From positions 124,001-188,000 of the forward strand of contig JAQGDQ010000281.1 in the NCBI GenBank assembly GCA_030141605.1: a DNA stretch of 64,000 nt, written 5' to 3'. The notes beneath the pieces are model-generated. The model was not told where the DNA came from. It was given only the letters and a program-made list of their open reading frames with translations, and did not search any database. The DNA is from Tubiluchus corallicola (lineage: Eukaryota; Animalia; Priapulida). Shown here piece by piece: positions 35,101 to 49,403 of this stretch. The translations under genes and the position numbers were made by a program. Every line of letters starts with the position of its first letter. Positions within the stretch are counted from its first letter, which is position 1.

Positions 35101-38100
35101 AGTGATGGACCATCAGTTTAGAAAAAACCGAAAAAAGTAAAAACTAAAAGAAGGAAAATATTGCGTAGATGCTGGGAAGATATTAAAATAATTTTATTTA
35201 CCTGAAGGTAATGGATTTGTGTGTGGATTGAATGCAAGAATGTTTGAATACAAGACGACTCAGATGCAGCATTTAGGCCATAGAAGTATCAAAGACCAGC
35301 GATAAAGTGCAAAAGCTATCGGTTTTCCCCGATGATTTGTCGTGAAAGTGAGAGACTGCCAAGCTTGTCCGATATTTTAAATACGCGTACCAGTGAAATT
35401 CAACTTGCATAATTCTTGAGTGACGCGCGTCACCAATGAAATTTACCCAATCCTAGGCTCGAATTTAAAAAATACAATTGCAATGCGACATTTGTTAACC
35501 AAACAAAAAATTAAAACTGACGTTTATCATTTTTTGCCCAGAATCTGTTTCTTTGGTATAATTAATGCACATAGGTTTAACAGTGCAGTAAAAGTGCCAA
35601 ACGCGAACCATTGGTAGTTATTTAAATTACCGAAGCTGCGAAAAAATCTGAAAAGTGGCAACGGAAGTCTATGAAAACTAACGAAAATGCAGAACTTATA
35701 AGCTCAGACGTGTGCTGTGCGTGTGCGTAATTACATTTACCTGAAAGCCAATCGTTCGCGTGCATCTACAGCATTCCATTGACACTAATTTAGCTTTCTT
35801 CAACACAAAGCGAAAAGAAATTGTAAAAAGTGCATTATGTGGAATAAAACTATGGTAATAGGCATTGGACAATAACCAGCTTACCTGGGCCCACCTCGCT
35901 TACCTTGACTATACTGAGCTTGTATACAAACATCATTGCCAAATATACTTCTTTATAAAGCTACTCTTGCTGCGATGCTACAATAGACTAAGCATTAAAG
36001 AAAAAATATTTGAGGAGAAGGAAAGAATAAAGTAGTTACTGTCTAGGCACGTATGGGCTCCTTTGTGTGTTATAACCCAGAGCTTTTTTGCAGGTTTAAA
36101 GTGGCATTCAGTAAAAATAACAATTAAGTGACGGTAGTTATTCACAGTCACACAAGATAATTTGAAAACGAAACTTCTATTTTGTGTGATAATTGCGTGT
36201 AACACCGACGTTAAATAACTAGAGGAAAACAGCCAGTGCATGCGGTTTTTTTGCAATACTTTAGTAGATGTAATTACCTTAGTCTGTGTATAGGAGTAAT
36301 TCTTGTGTTTAGTGACTGTAGAATAAATAATTATCTAACTTCAAAGTAGAGTTCAAGCCATGAAACAATTGTAGAGTAAATAACAGTTCGACATAAAACT
36401 TAATGATAGTGGCCTTCTGCACCTATTCCAATGTCTTATTTTGACGGTATAGTGAATTTACACTTAGAATTAAAAATGGTTAACTCTAGCCAGTTAAAAT
36501 GGTTAATTTTAACCACTTAAAAGGGTAAATTTTGACCAGACGTGGCAATACAAGGCTCTCTACCACACCACACACATTTACAAAATAATTTCTGTAGATG
36601 TGGAAGCAAGAAAGGGCCGATAAATTAAGCAACTGGGCTAATTGCGTGCATTGACACTAGCGCCACATAGTTCGCTCAAGGTACTTGGGCGTTTGACCTA
36701 AATGAGGCAAAGAAACAGCGTGCCGCTATTTGGACTTTATTGTTTTTCGCAGTGAGAAATTTCAGCATTTCATTACGTTAGAGTCTCGTTGCCTTGAGAC
36801 ATGACTAACAAGCGACTTCATCTTTTAGGAAAAGTTCTGCGTATCTTCTTGGTCAGTTTAAACGGTTTAGTGATGGTAACAGCATTTCCCTATTTATTTA
36901 TTTACAACGTAAATTTACACACCTTCAAAAAACCGCCAGTAGTTTGTTGTTACGCCATGCTATAACTTGTTGTATTGCCCAACACGGCTCTGCATGCGAA
37001 CTAGCCACCACTCACAGAACTGTGCAAATAGTTTTGAAATTCGTTGCAAAATTATGGCGATTTCATGTCATGCCTTCTGGTCAAACTGCAAAGTGGGGAT
37101 GGAGCTATTCATAAAGCTTGGTATTTAGTCTTATGAAGAACGTTTTAGTTCTTTAGTCTTATGAATAACAGGACAGCTATTACTGACAAGATTTGATTGA
37201 ATCGATTCTAACGATTTTGGCAATTACCTCTGATCTACAATGTCAGCTTTCGTTCCCAATATTTTCCAAATTCGTGAGGTTTGGAACTATTTCCCAAGGT
37301 GGTATATTTTATTCATATATCTGCAAAATTGTAGAAGCAGACCAGACAAGGTGCAGAACAACAACACCGGGAGAACTCAGGGAGATAACAGATTAACGCT
37401 TCAGTTCGACTTTTAGCTACAAATCATTACACTTCAGGATATCCAATGATTTTTTTCTGTGTGCTCAAAGACGGGTTTACACGCCCAACAGCTGGTTGCG
37501 GCGTGCGGATCAAAGAATCAAACGATTAAACTTCACATTGGGTCCAAATCCGCAATTAGTCGTGTAAATTCGGCCGGGTATCGCTTCAAAGATTGTATTG
37601 CTTGAAGACATAAATAAATTGAGCAACGCGTCAAGCAAAACCTGTTCCTTAACCGATACTGGAGACGAGGCGTCGCCCTAGGGGAAGCGAAATTTTATAT
37701 AATTTATCCTTTTTAGGAAAAACTCACTCGTTATTACCACGTATCTTTACGAGTAACTAAAGCCCTTTCGCCGTTGCTTTCTTTTGTAACGCTACGCTTG
37801 AACCCCCTCTTCTCGCAACGCGCCGTGCCAGAGTATACAAAAGGCAGAAAAACTTTGCGCACCACATGCATATTTAACTATGAAATACCATACAATTAGG
37901 GTGGAGTTAGGGCTAGCAAGTAGATTGTCCGGGTGCTTCAAAGTGTCAAAATTACGTCTAAATGTCTGTGCCAGGGAAATTATAGGGTATCGCTTGTGTC
38001 GTTAATGCAAGGCGTGTCGCCCCTTCATTACTTAAACGGTAGCTCCTGTTTCACGTCCCTTTATTCGTACTGAAAACATATTCGCCCAGTTTTATGAGAA

Positions 38101-38476
38101 CGTGTACTACCAGATTAGACGTCAATCAGAGTCGACTATAAATTGTAATTAGCAAACTTTGTTTCCATGTGCACAATGAAGTTCATTAACGAAAACACAC
38201 TACAGTATATAATACAATGTATAATTAGTGAATCATGAATCACATAATGAATCACACATCACACTAAAGCATCCCAAAACTTGTGTATAATTGAAACAGT
38301 CTCCAATATGTACACGTTTACAAACACATTACATTTACATTTACACAAATCAAATGAGTATGATTTTTTGTGATTAAGCTTTTATTTTTCTTCTTTCAAA
38401 ACAGTTTGTAATATAACTTGAAATTAAATTACAAGTTCACAATGGTATGACATGCTCCATTATGCTATGCAACGGT

Positions 38477-38580
38477 TCACTACACCACACTACGCTACGC
38501 TACTACGCTACGCAATGCTACGCTACGCCACGCTACGCTACGCTATACTACGCTACGCTACACTACGCTACACTACACTT
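38477..38580. repeat. (ACGCT/ACACT)n pentanucleotide repeat
   Basis: Seen directly in the sequence. Confidence 0.9.
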
Positions 38581-41500
38581 ATGACTATGACAAAAACTCA
38601 AAGGGACTTCTGAAGTGGAGTTGTCTTTCCTGGTTAAAGAGGCTAACATGTTCGATAGAATTCTTTGATCAATTGTAAATCTTACTGAGGCAATGAGGCA
38701 AAGACATTAGATTGTTCAAATTTTGGTTCACTGACAAAAGCCCGTAGGGCAAAGAAACCGAAAAGGCAGATATAGGAATGTGGCGAATTCACCGTGGATA
38801 ACTTGTAATGTGTCACAAAACGTCTCCGTCAACTTAGTTCCATAACGTCATTATCAGCGTAAAAGTGGACTGGGTAAGCATGTATCTAGTCTCAAGAGAA
38901 ATGTATTTACAATATATTATACGTGCAGATACTGTGCCGTTACAAAACATGATATTGACGATCTACTTAATTCCTGAACCACGACACATTTTTAGCTAAA
39001 TTATTCGAAATTTGCTACTCAATATACAGTTACGCTGCACATCGTAAGCGCAACGTGTGGGATATATTTATATTATGTATATTCGGCAGGGGAATTTTTA
39101 ACTTAATTTAGGTACTTTCTTACTTCGCTTCAGTTTTGGGGCCAAAAAGATGAAGTTTGGCAGAGATCTCACAAAACTGATAAAAATTGGGCGAAGTCGA
39201 CTGAAGGTGAAGGTTGAAGGTCAGGAAAATTCGGACGAAGAATTTGGCGCAGTGGCAGTCGCCACTTGCGAAATTTTGTCAGTAGCCATCCAACAGGAAA
39301 GAAATGTGTGTGCTAAAGAAGGCTATTGGTTGTGATAGAATCCACGACCTCTATGGCAGCAAATAATATGGGTTGCATAATAAAATTGCCACTTTCCACT
39401 TTTTGTGGGAAATCTGGCAACTTAAAACAAATGCTCCACATGAAAAAACAGAATCTCGATGAAACAGATCCATTGTGGGGACGAAATAACGAGTCCTACC
39501 TAGACGCTTTTTTACAAAACCGCGCCCATTAAACCAAGCGTACGTTTACTTGCAAAACAGCAACAAATAGCAAACCGTGCAGTCATTACATTAGTACTAG
39601 TTACTGTAAATGGTGACTCTATTTCGCGGTTACAGTTGCTATCTACAAAATAGGAATAAACTATCATTTTAATACCTGATTTGCATAAGATTTGGTTTTC
39701 GACATTTTAAACACTTATTTCAAATATGTCCACAATTTATAGCTAGCCAGTAAACAAGTACTTCACTACTCATTGGTTTCTGTTAAAAATCTTGATAGTA
39801 AAACCAATAAACCATCCCACTGTGTCAGAACAGCACGTGATGAGGATTTGATATGTACCTGCGATGAGAATTTGATATGTACCTATGCACACCAACTCCG
39901 ATACCAATCTAGGCACCACGCAGAAGTTAGTACTAGAGCGGGGAAACAATATAGAAACATCAATTGGTGTGCAAGTAAGTTCCATGAGCTGTTGGGAACG
40001 TTTAAGGACACCAGTGTGACATTTGCGCCCAACCCCACTGACCGGCCAAAATAAGTTTGCAAATACAGTGGTTGATTATAAATGTTTCTTATCTTTTGTG
40101 CTTTAGGCCTTTGTGCAGTAACAATGTTCACAGGTTCGATTTCCACTAGGCAACTATTATTTTCTCATAATTAAGTTATAAGAGGAAAGCTCGTTTACAT
40201 ATTATGTCAGTGTCAAGTGTAACCTTCCTAGGACCATTCACGTTCTATGCGCTACACGTCAAAACTCTACTACGCTTCTGTTATTACTTCTCAGTGAAGA
40301 TTTCTTGTGTTCGATAGCCCTTGATTGGAAATGAAAAATGCAGAAGTAGCATTTAACTACAAGCAGTTTACCTATAGTTAATTAGTTAGTTTATTGACTA
40401 TAAGACTACATTAATCGAGACTAATACTCTGTATCGATTGTATCGATGGGTAACCAGAAAAACAACTATAGTCCGAAAGTCCAAAGTGTTGCATCGAGAA
40501 CAGACAAAGATACAATAATTCGCAATGTGCTCTATAGTTACGTTTAAACCAAACCTGTGCAAATACATTACTGTCAAAAAAAGTACAATACTATACATAA
40601 TAAGCCTGAGACTAAACTCCATTGAATTGGCTGAAACTTTATGAATAATTAAGTTTTGCTTGACGAAAATCAGTTGCAACGTACATTTTTATAGCTAGAC
40701 TTAGCATTTGTTGCTGAAACAAAAGACTATTACACTAGCATAAAACACTCAAAACGCCAATTTGACATTTTAAGTGACTTTTTGTTAATAACAGGTTGCG
40801 TAATTGAAATAACTTGCTGTGATTTATGACGTCTGGAAGAATTTTAATTGATTTCAAGTAAAAGCATGTCACGTGTTTTATGCTTCTTACAACACCTGTC
40901 CTTCAAAGCGCGTTCAGAGTTAAATTAAATCGATTAGTACAATCATATATCACGCAACAGATGATCTAATCCGTCTTTACGAAGCAAGAAAGCGTTTCTA
41001 ATAACTTGTGCTATTAATTAGGAGCTGTTGCCAAAGAAATTGAACAAAAACATAATAAGAAACGGTACACCTGTTTAAAGCCCAAGTCCTCAAGTGTATA
41101 CTTGTACAAATAAGTTTAGTGGACTGAAAAAAGAACTGGCCAACTTTCTAGTTATTATAGTATCGTAAAACCACGCAGATCAGCACTATTACAATTTCAA
41201 GGCAATGTAATGTAACGTAGTGTAATATAAAAATTAATATGATATAACATAGTGTAACATAATGTAAGTTTGACGTAAGAGAAGTCAAGAAGTCACGGGA
41301 GAACAAAATTAACATTGCAATGTGTAAATAATGACATGGCTGAATAACTTTTTTTTTTAATTCAATGCGCAAGAGAATGTCAACAGGTAATGTTAGGTTA
41401 AAAGGCTAAACAAAAACTTGCAGCATCGTTTAATCGGTGATTGATTGATATGGCGTACGACCGATAAGGATGAAATACCATACGCATAATTACATAAACT

Positions 41501-43007
41501 TACATCACTACTCAAGAGTATCACGTCTGAAGAGCCTACTTGTTAGTTCAAGATTCAAGCTTGCACCGTCTCAATGCTCATCATTTATTGCTGTACCAGT
41601 TCTATATTTAGGGACAGTGCAAAGCGTGAACTTCTAGTAAACGCTGGTAACTGTGTACGCACAGCTCACAGCTAGGATAAGAAGTATGCAAATATTCAGT
41701 CAAACAGAAAGTGTAACAGAAATTATCAGTTCGCGGTGTTAGTAAACATCAGCGTATTAGTATCACTCGACGTCAAGTACCTGCCACGTAGTATTGACAA
41801 GGAATCTAACTAATAGTCGAAGGAGCATGACCCTACGTTCCTACGTAGAGATGCAGAACTCGATACAGTTCCATATTTCAGTTTGATCTTAACTGTAGTT
41901 CGAAAAACTGACTAAAGACTAAAAAGTAAAATCACGCAATGTTAAATTTTATAACCTTAAAAACATTCTCAAATCTTTCTGAACCAAATTTAATGTAGAC
42001 TGACAACAATTCATGTTATATTATGCAGGCCTGTTTAACTATTACGCATAATTGTTTATTGTAGCCTAGTTGCTGCAATGCCGTTGTTTATTCCTAGTTA
42101 CGTAGCTAAACAAAAAGTAAAACTTGCAGCAGCTGAATCTGATAGCATTTACTAAAAATCTAACACTTTAAATTTTTGTGTTCAACATTAGTTGCAACAG
42201 TTTCTGGACAATTAGTCATAATTATGTATTAGTACCACCTAGTTGTATTAATTTTCATAAGCATTTTTTGTTCGTTCTGTACAGACAGCAATTACTATCA
42301 TAAATAATAACTAGGAAATCAGACCTACCTTTAACGTTTAAGAGCTGATTATATTATCCAGTTGCTCCATATTTAATGCACAGACGCAGTAAGCCTGGTA
42401 ATTCGTTGATCATAATAATAACATTTTACAACTCGCACGCTCACTGAGCGATGACTTATGAATGAACTGAACGTCTTGACTCTCGCAAGTGTCTGCTATG
42501 ATTCTGACGTGCTGATGCTGAAGCCTTCCGTGAGAAATAATTAGCCCAAACATTCGGCAGATGGCAGCACGGTCCAGCCGCATTTTACTACGCAGGACTG
42601 CACTGATAAAAAGTGACTGCATACCGAAACAGTTCCTAATTTCAGTTACCAAAAACGTAAGTAACTAATTTGTGATTGAAGACGATCTGCTCAAGAAAAA
42701 TGTGTTGAGAACTGAAAAGTGGTAGTCTAATCACAGGCAAGGGTATAGAACATTTGATCATCTGTCATCTGGTCAATCCAAAATGAGAAGTACATAGAAT
42801 ATTCAGTACGGAACTGAAAATGATATTCCAGATTACATGAGTAGATACAGGAAAACACAAACAAACGAATACTACATAGCATTAACAATTTACAAATAGA
42901 AGGGGTTGGGTTGCCGCCACTGAAGGGTAAATGCTAAATGTGTTCCCAGACTTACCGCCTTAGATCTTCCGCTAAGCAAAAATGAGAGGAATATAGAATC
43001 AATTGCA

Positions 43008-43145
43008 ATTAGCATTAGCATTAGCATTAGCATTAGCATTAGCATTAGCATTAGCATTAGCATTAGCATTAGCATTAGCATTAGCATTAGCATTATCATT
43101 ATCATTATCATTATCATTATCATTATCATTATCATTATCATTATC

Positions 43146-43169
<24 letters not shown>
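43008..43169. repeat. (ATTAGC)14(ATTATC)13 compound hexanucleotide repeat
   Basis: Seen directly in the sequence. Confidence 0.95.
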
Positions 43170-43179
<10 letters not shown>

Positions 43180-45121
43180 AATAGCTCGCAAGCCTAACGG
43201 GTTACTAAGCGACATGTTAACGGAGAACAAAGGTTAAATAATTGTATGAGGTTCAAGAATAGCAAAATTTTAATTATCAGTCTAAACCAGAGTGCCATTA
43301 TGATGGTATTTTCACGATGTGCAACGCTAGTCCGAAGCTAAACCGGTCGGGGTCTGCTACACTGTAATTTAACATTCATTCAGTAGTCAATCTGTGCAGT
43401 GTGTCAATGTCCCCTTTCTGGGTATCAAATAAAAACGGGTGTTAAAAAGAAAAAAATCAATATAAGAAATGCACATGTTTCGCGACTAGAATAAATTCTC
43501 GACATGGCCTCAGTTATTGTGCAATTTAATGTCAATAAATAGACTCCATCCAATTTGCACGTTCGGAATCGATTTGCACGACCTTTACAATGTAGATCAG
43601 AGATGAGTTTAGATTTACTGTTGCTCATCAGATAAACGCTTTATTATTTATCCTTTGTTCTTTCTTCTATTTCAGTTTTCACTTTGGAAATCATGAAATC
43701 TGTCACGGCTCATATTACAGATAACAAATTCGCTGACACCTTCGCTTCGACAATGAGCAAATTTCGCTTTCATTTTGGTCTTAATTTTGCCGTGTTTCTT
43801 TCTCAAGAAAGTGCTTCAAGAATTCTTAAATGAACACTTGTCTCTTTCCGAGAATGCTCGTTATAGACAATTAGAAGAACTGTTTTCAAACCATTACGTG
43901 CCTGCCAAAGTAGATTTCTCAAGGTACGAATGCGATCTATCTGTTTCGCATAAAGTCTAGCTTACTGGTCGAGTCGCACGAGTGTAATCCCCGATAAACT
44001 GCAATGTGACAACAACAGTGTCGTTGACAACGTTCACATTGTCGTTTAGCAAAACATTCTAGAGTGGTTGACGCTAATAACACTAACCCAAATTAAATAT
44101 GGAGTCGATGCTCAGTCAAAAGGTCAATATCAAGGGTTTAGGTCAAGGTAAATACGAAATGCGTGGTGTCAGGGTCATCAAAGCTAGTGACGCTTTTTAA
44201 CTGACATGAGAATTTGAACGAAGGTCAATGGTCAAAGTCAAGGTCACAAAAGATTGGTTGTTGCAGTGACTATAAAAACTACTGAGGTTTCATGTGTTCT
44301 TGCTCATAGTTATGTTTGTTTGTATTTATGTTGAATTCAATCGCGTTTTTTGTAACTGAACAAAAAATTTTCATAATTTTTAACTTTAGGCTTACATAAG
44401 CGGAGTTACATAATTTGGTTACAAAAAGTAAAACATTTTTTTATTAAAGTGTAAAATGTTGTTCTGATGTATTCTATTCCATTTCGTTCTGTTAAGTTCG
44501 GTTCCGTTCCATTTCATTTTGTTCCGTTGTGCGCTGCACCGCCCTGCTTTGTTGTGCTCTGATAGATTTTCTCATACTGAAATTCATTTACAGCAGCACT
44601 AAGAAGTTTAAAAAACATTAATTATCTTACACTAACACGACTCGTTTTTTATTATGTACTGAAACCACGTTTTACTTGGTAAGCATGCACTTTTAATTAA
44701 TGTTCGTGCAATCTACATAACTATTAACTGCTTGGACAATAAGAAATCTTACGCTACTTCTCTTTTCAAGTTATTCATTTTATTTTCTGCATGACCGAGT
44801 AAACTATAATACCTTATCTGAAAAGTTACCTTGCGAGTGCGTTTTAAACGTAATATTACTGCTAAACAGGGGAGAGTGGGGCGACTTGGGTTACTTAAAT
44901 TTTACAATGTCTACATAACGACAGCATTAATTAATTAATCTTGCAACCTTTATTTAAGTGACAGTAATACTTTTGTTGCAATTACTCTGTATTTTATATT
45001 AATAAATACATTTCATTTTTGCCTTCGAAAAATTATAGTCAATATACCCAACATACCCTATAGGCACTGGGTGAGATGGGTTACTATAGTCCGTCTCACC
45101 CAGTATATTAGCCCTTCTGCC

Positions 45122-45343
45122 CAGTACGGTAGCCCATCTCATCCAGTACGGTGACCCTTATCACTCAGTACGGTAGCCGATCTAATCCAGTACAGTGACC
45201 CATATCACTCAGTACGGTAGCCGATCTAATCCAGTACAGTGACCCATATCACTCAGTACGGTAGCCGATCTCATCCAGTACAGTGACCCATATCACTCAG
45301 TACGATAGCCGATCTCATCCAGTACGGTAACCTATATCACTCA
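45122..45343. repeat. 44-bp minisatellite (two alternating 22-bp subunits), ~5 copies
   Basis: cagtacggtagccgatctcatc + cagtacagtgacccatatcact, repeated. Confidence 0.9.
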
Positions 45344-45353
45344 TTGTCTAGGG

Positions 45354-45670
45354 CAGTGGTTCCCAAACTTTCTCGGACCGTTACCCAAATCGGGAAACCC
45401 GGTCGTGTCCATTACCCCCCACCTAGTACTACTTCTCCAACTCAAAAAGTAAACACACGTATATGCCACAAGCAAGCAAAATTATTTATGTGACATAAAT
45501 AAATTTCCAGGTGTTATTGTTGTAGGCAGTCTCTTCAAGAAGAAAACTACGTAAAATGCATTCCGAGCGAAGTTTTAAAAATTTTCAGAGGGGTGCCCGT
45601 TACCCCCCCTCCCCAAAAAAAAACCATATTACCCCCGGGGGGTAATTTACCCCTACTTTGGGAACCACTG
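45354..45670. mobile_element. hAT (Charlie-like) MITE, 317 bp
   Basis: TIRs CAGTGGTTCCCAAA / TTTGGGAACCACTG; perfect TSD GTCTAGGG (45346-45353, 45671-45678). Confidence 0.93.
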
Positions 45671-48199
45671 GTCTAGGGTGAGTTGGGCATTGAACTTTCA
45701 ATGTCAGTAGTTGCTGTGCAAAGTTTGCAATGGCTGTACAATTTCACAAAACGTGCTCGAAAGAGTGGACATGTGAAAATTGGGAACATGTTAGTTTGAA
45801 TCAGGATTAAGGGCCTCTCGCTTGCTAGGTGAGTGCCATAAATAAGTCTACCAAACCCTAGTAATTACGACTTTAATTCTGGCTTCTATCTATTTTTGCT
45901 TTCTTAGAAAACGAAATTAGTATAACCAGCCTAACTAGGCAGTGGTGAGATGGGCTATGATCCATTTCGCTGAGTGGTTGCCGTGTGAACTTTACAACGG
46001 CTTTGTCATTTATATAACAATATTTAGCTATCCTCCTCAGTTAGGTTACCTTGCTTTATATCCACTAGGCACCTATTGTGTTTACCCACACAAGGTGGTT
46101 TATGTGATTAAAGCAGCAGACTTGAAGAACAGTTGGTCCATTGTACAGCTTGCTTCTTTCACTCTTTTGTATTATTATCAGCAATCAGGCAAGCTAATTA
46201 GGTTATCGATGTAAGCTTTTTTTAATTAAATGTATTATTCACCACTAGCTGTCTTTCTCTCTGTATTGTGATAATTACGGTTTAAAAAGGAGTTTGGCTA
46301 ACTAAGATTGCTCTGTAAGAACAGTATTGTCCTAGATGCAATGTTTTCTAATGCCTCATTGGCTCATTCCCTACACTTCTGCGAAGTTACGCGAACTTTT
46401 GAAACTAGACCTTTCATAACTATAATACATGCATTGCATATGTACAAAGTAATGCTTCGCAATAGATATGTGTCTCTATAGATGTAATAACAGAAATAAT
46501 GCTAACTTTTTAGATCGGCAGAAAAAACAAGTTTGGCAAATAACTTACATCTCGTGTCAACCACCATGTTTTTCAATTCGCTGTCATATGTCACGTTGTT
46601 GGCGCAGTGTACGTAAACGAATAATTCATGTCTTTACTAATCGTTTCCTGGAAACAAGAAACTTGCAACTAGCCCAATTCACCCAGTAGTGCATCTCACC
46701 CGGAACTTCCCTTTTATGTAATTATGTAGCCAAATAAATTAATTTAACCTTGGATAAATCCTGCCGTAGCCAACTTAACCTAACCTAGCCTAATCTGAGC
46801 TAACCTAACCTAGGGTAATCTAACCAGTCCCATTTTGCTCTTTTTAATTTCGTTCTGCTCTGTTCCATTCTAACATATTATATCCTTCATAACCAATATG
46901 TGTTTGACAAACGCCAGCGACGCGCGGTTATAACAGCTAATTAAAGTTGCTTGTTTTTCTAGACAACTTTTTTATTGACTCGATAAACCAGTTGACTTAA
47001 ATGTTTGATTAACACATTTCTTGCGATGCAATCTAAATAAACTCTTGCCTTAAAGAGTTTAAGTGCTTTTACTTAAATGTTTGCTTGCTTTAATGTTTGT
47101 TTATTTGTTTGCTTCGTACCTTGTTTGTTGGTTTGTCTTCTGTTTGATTATTTGTGCCAACTAACTCCGAATCATATACCGTCTGCGGAATCACTAATTT
47201 TCTCACGTATTAGTAGTAGTATTAGTTTAGGGCCTCCATCTGTATCTTGTTAAGGTACTCCTGTGATTTTAAGCTTGAGGCTACACTGAAGTGGGTTCAT
47301 CAAAAGAACGGCCAGTTTCCATACAAAGGCTCCGTTTGTCCACGAGTTGTACTATATTCCATCCATTAATTTATTCTTTTCTCGTCACTATGCAATGTGA
47401 CCGGGTCTGCAATATCTGTCCTATCAATCAAGCCTGTTACTGTACACAGTCCAACTCTGGAGAATTACTACATCATACTCATGTTAACCTCACTAATTTG
47501 CTACTAGCCACTGCGTAGACATCATTTAATTAATCCTGGGTGCCTATTTGCATAATTAGATGCTAAAAGGGACTGTCTTAGTTGTAGCTAATTATGTAAT
47601 AATACATGTTAGTCGTGAAGCCATAGACCGTAATCTACAAATGTTTGATTGGTAGTGTGTTGTTTGTTAGCAGTGCCATACTTAAATAAAGTTACTGCCT
47701 TGCAGATGTTAATAATTTAAACCTGGTTTGCTCCTTTTTTAACAATTTACAATTTTTGCATAAAATTTTGACCCTAAGTGCCGATGGGCTTATATAAATC
47801 TTTTGTATTTGCTTCAGCATTTGCTTCAGTGCCGTGCACTAGTTGAAGTGAATTAATTTGGGGGATTGGGTTTTGAGTTTAATGGAAGCCTGACTTTTTA
47901 CACTCTTAGGCAAACGTATTGAAACTTAAAAGGCCCAGCTGCAAAAGGTCGACCTATGGCACAAAAGTTAGACAGAGGGAGAGACAGACATACGGACAGA
48001 CTGGCACACCAATCAGACAAATAAGTTAATAACCTCTCAAAATTTTGAAATAGCTTTCAGTGACGCATTTCACAGCGTTAAAGAAGACTAATATTTTTAA
48101 CGTAAATACAATGCACGCCGTTGGGTTTGCACGCTTTGTGCTTGCTGTGGTCCACCTTTACGTTTGTATTACTGTCAAAAAAGCATGTCTCAGATCATG

Positions 48200-48445
48200 G
48201 CACCTGACGTTCGCAGCAAGGGACTTTTCCATTGTTTAACTAAAACTTACAAACGTAATTTCGTTTATTCCCAATGCGGGAACGGCGATAATATCTCTGG
48301 CTTTCGGAGTTTTGGATCCAATATTGATCTTGGTACAAGTTTGAGTTCTCAATGAAGACAGAGCAAACAGGGCATGCGTGCGTGTGGACAGATTTGCGGG
48401 GGTTTATAATAGTGGAGTTGCGGAATTTTCTGGAGCAAGTCAGTA
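48200..48445 (+). promoter_or_regulatory. Putative promoter of the 48555 gene
   Basis: TGACGT (48205), GGGACTTTTCC (48220-48230), TATAA (48405), CGGAATTTTC (48421), Inr-like TCAGT (48440). Confidence 0.4.
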
Positions 48446-48554
48446 ATAATCGCCGTACTTTCTGGAGGCGTAGTTAAGAAGAGTGTCAACGCTGTAATAA
48501 TAACAGTCGACATTGGCCAAAGAGTGAGTGAGCGAAAAAAGAAAAACAGACAAA

Positions 48555-48615
48555 ATGAAGAGTTGGTCGGTGTTTATAGTTTCGTGTTTTGCTGCGTTAA
48601 TTGTCGTTGTTTATG
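48555..48615 (+). CDS. Probable first coding exon of a secreted or membrane protein (signal peptide MKSWSVFIVSCFAALIVVVY-G)
   Basis: Kozak-like caaaATG, basic N-region plus hydrophobic core, strong donor ATG|GTAAGT (phase 1). No downstream exon was identified in the window. Confidence 0.6.
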
Positions 48616-49403
48616 GTAAGTATATAGTAAGCACAGCCAAAGTAAATTGTACAAAGTATTTGCAAAAAACTGCATGGCATTGAAAAAGTAATAGAAAGTA
48701 AAAACGTGTTTCCATGTTCGTTACGTTGCCGTCCGTTCGTTAACAAATAATTAAAACAGTGACAAACAGCAAAGTGGCAGATAAATAGAGTAGCAATTTT
48801 TAAAGTGTAGTCAAGGACATTTACTGTTTTTTTTGATAATAATGTTCTCTTGATAACCGATGATAATAATTAGGTCAAATATCGAAAATGCCATGTATTG
48901 GTCTTTGAATGTAAATGTAAATGTAAATGTCTGGTTTTTGAATTCGGCTTTTCATAATGTTATTACATATTGCACATCGGAGACAAAGAATACTAATGTC
49001 TTTACATGTTCTTTAGCTAGATCTCGAGTTAGTAAAATAATTTAAAGATCAATATAAGCAAATTATTAGATTTTCACGACAGACACTGTTATTCCGTCTT
49101 AGTTTGTTAAACGTGCTCCGTTACTGAATAAACAATACATTTATCAGTCAGAGTTATAAAACATAAAGCTATTGTTTAGGGCCTTGATATTAATTTTTGA
49201 AAAAGATTTAACATATTTAATTTATATTTTAAGCTTAGTAGTTCCGTTTATTTTGCATTGGTGACGCTGTAATAGACAGATTTTTCAAGGCAAGTATATA
49301 CACGATGAAAACTTTAATGCTGAGATTCTCGGAATTGAGAATTTTTAAATTTATCGCAGCTCTTATTAGTTCATTGTTGATATTAATTTTGCATATATCG
49401 GGC

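Larger units (their letters stand above)
44869..46711. mobile_element. Degenerate TIR element hosting a minisatellite and the nested MITE
   Basis: Ends gggagagtggggcgacttggg ... catctcacccggaacttccc; recurring (c)tgggtgagatgggtta motif inside. Confidence 0.4.

Noticed and set aside
43008-43091. (TTAGCA)n as a novel telomeric repeat
   Set aside because: Interstitial, only 14 units, and it converts into a one-base variant, as expected from slippage.
45122-45343. CRISPR-like regular repeat
   Set aside because: No unique spacers and a eukaryotic context; it is a tandem minisatellite.
46770-46826. (TAACC)n resembling an arthropod telomere repeat
   Set aside because: Short, degenerate and interstitial; not evidence of a telomere or of taxon.
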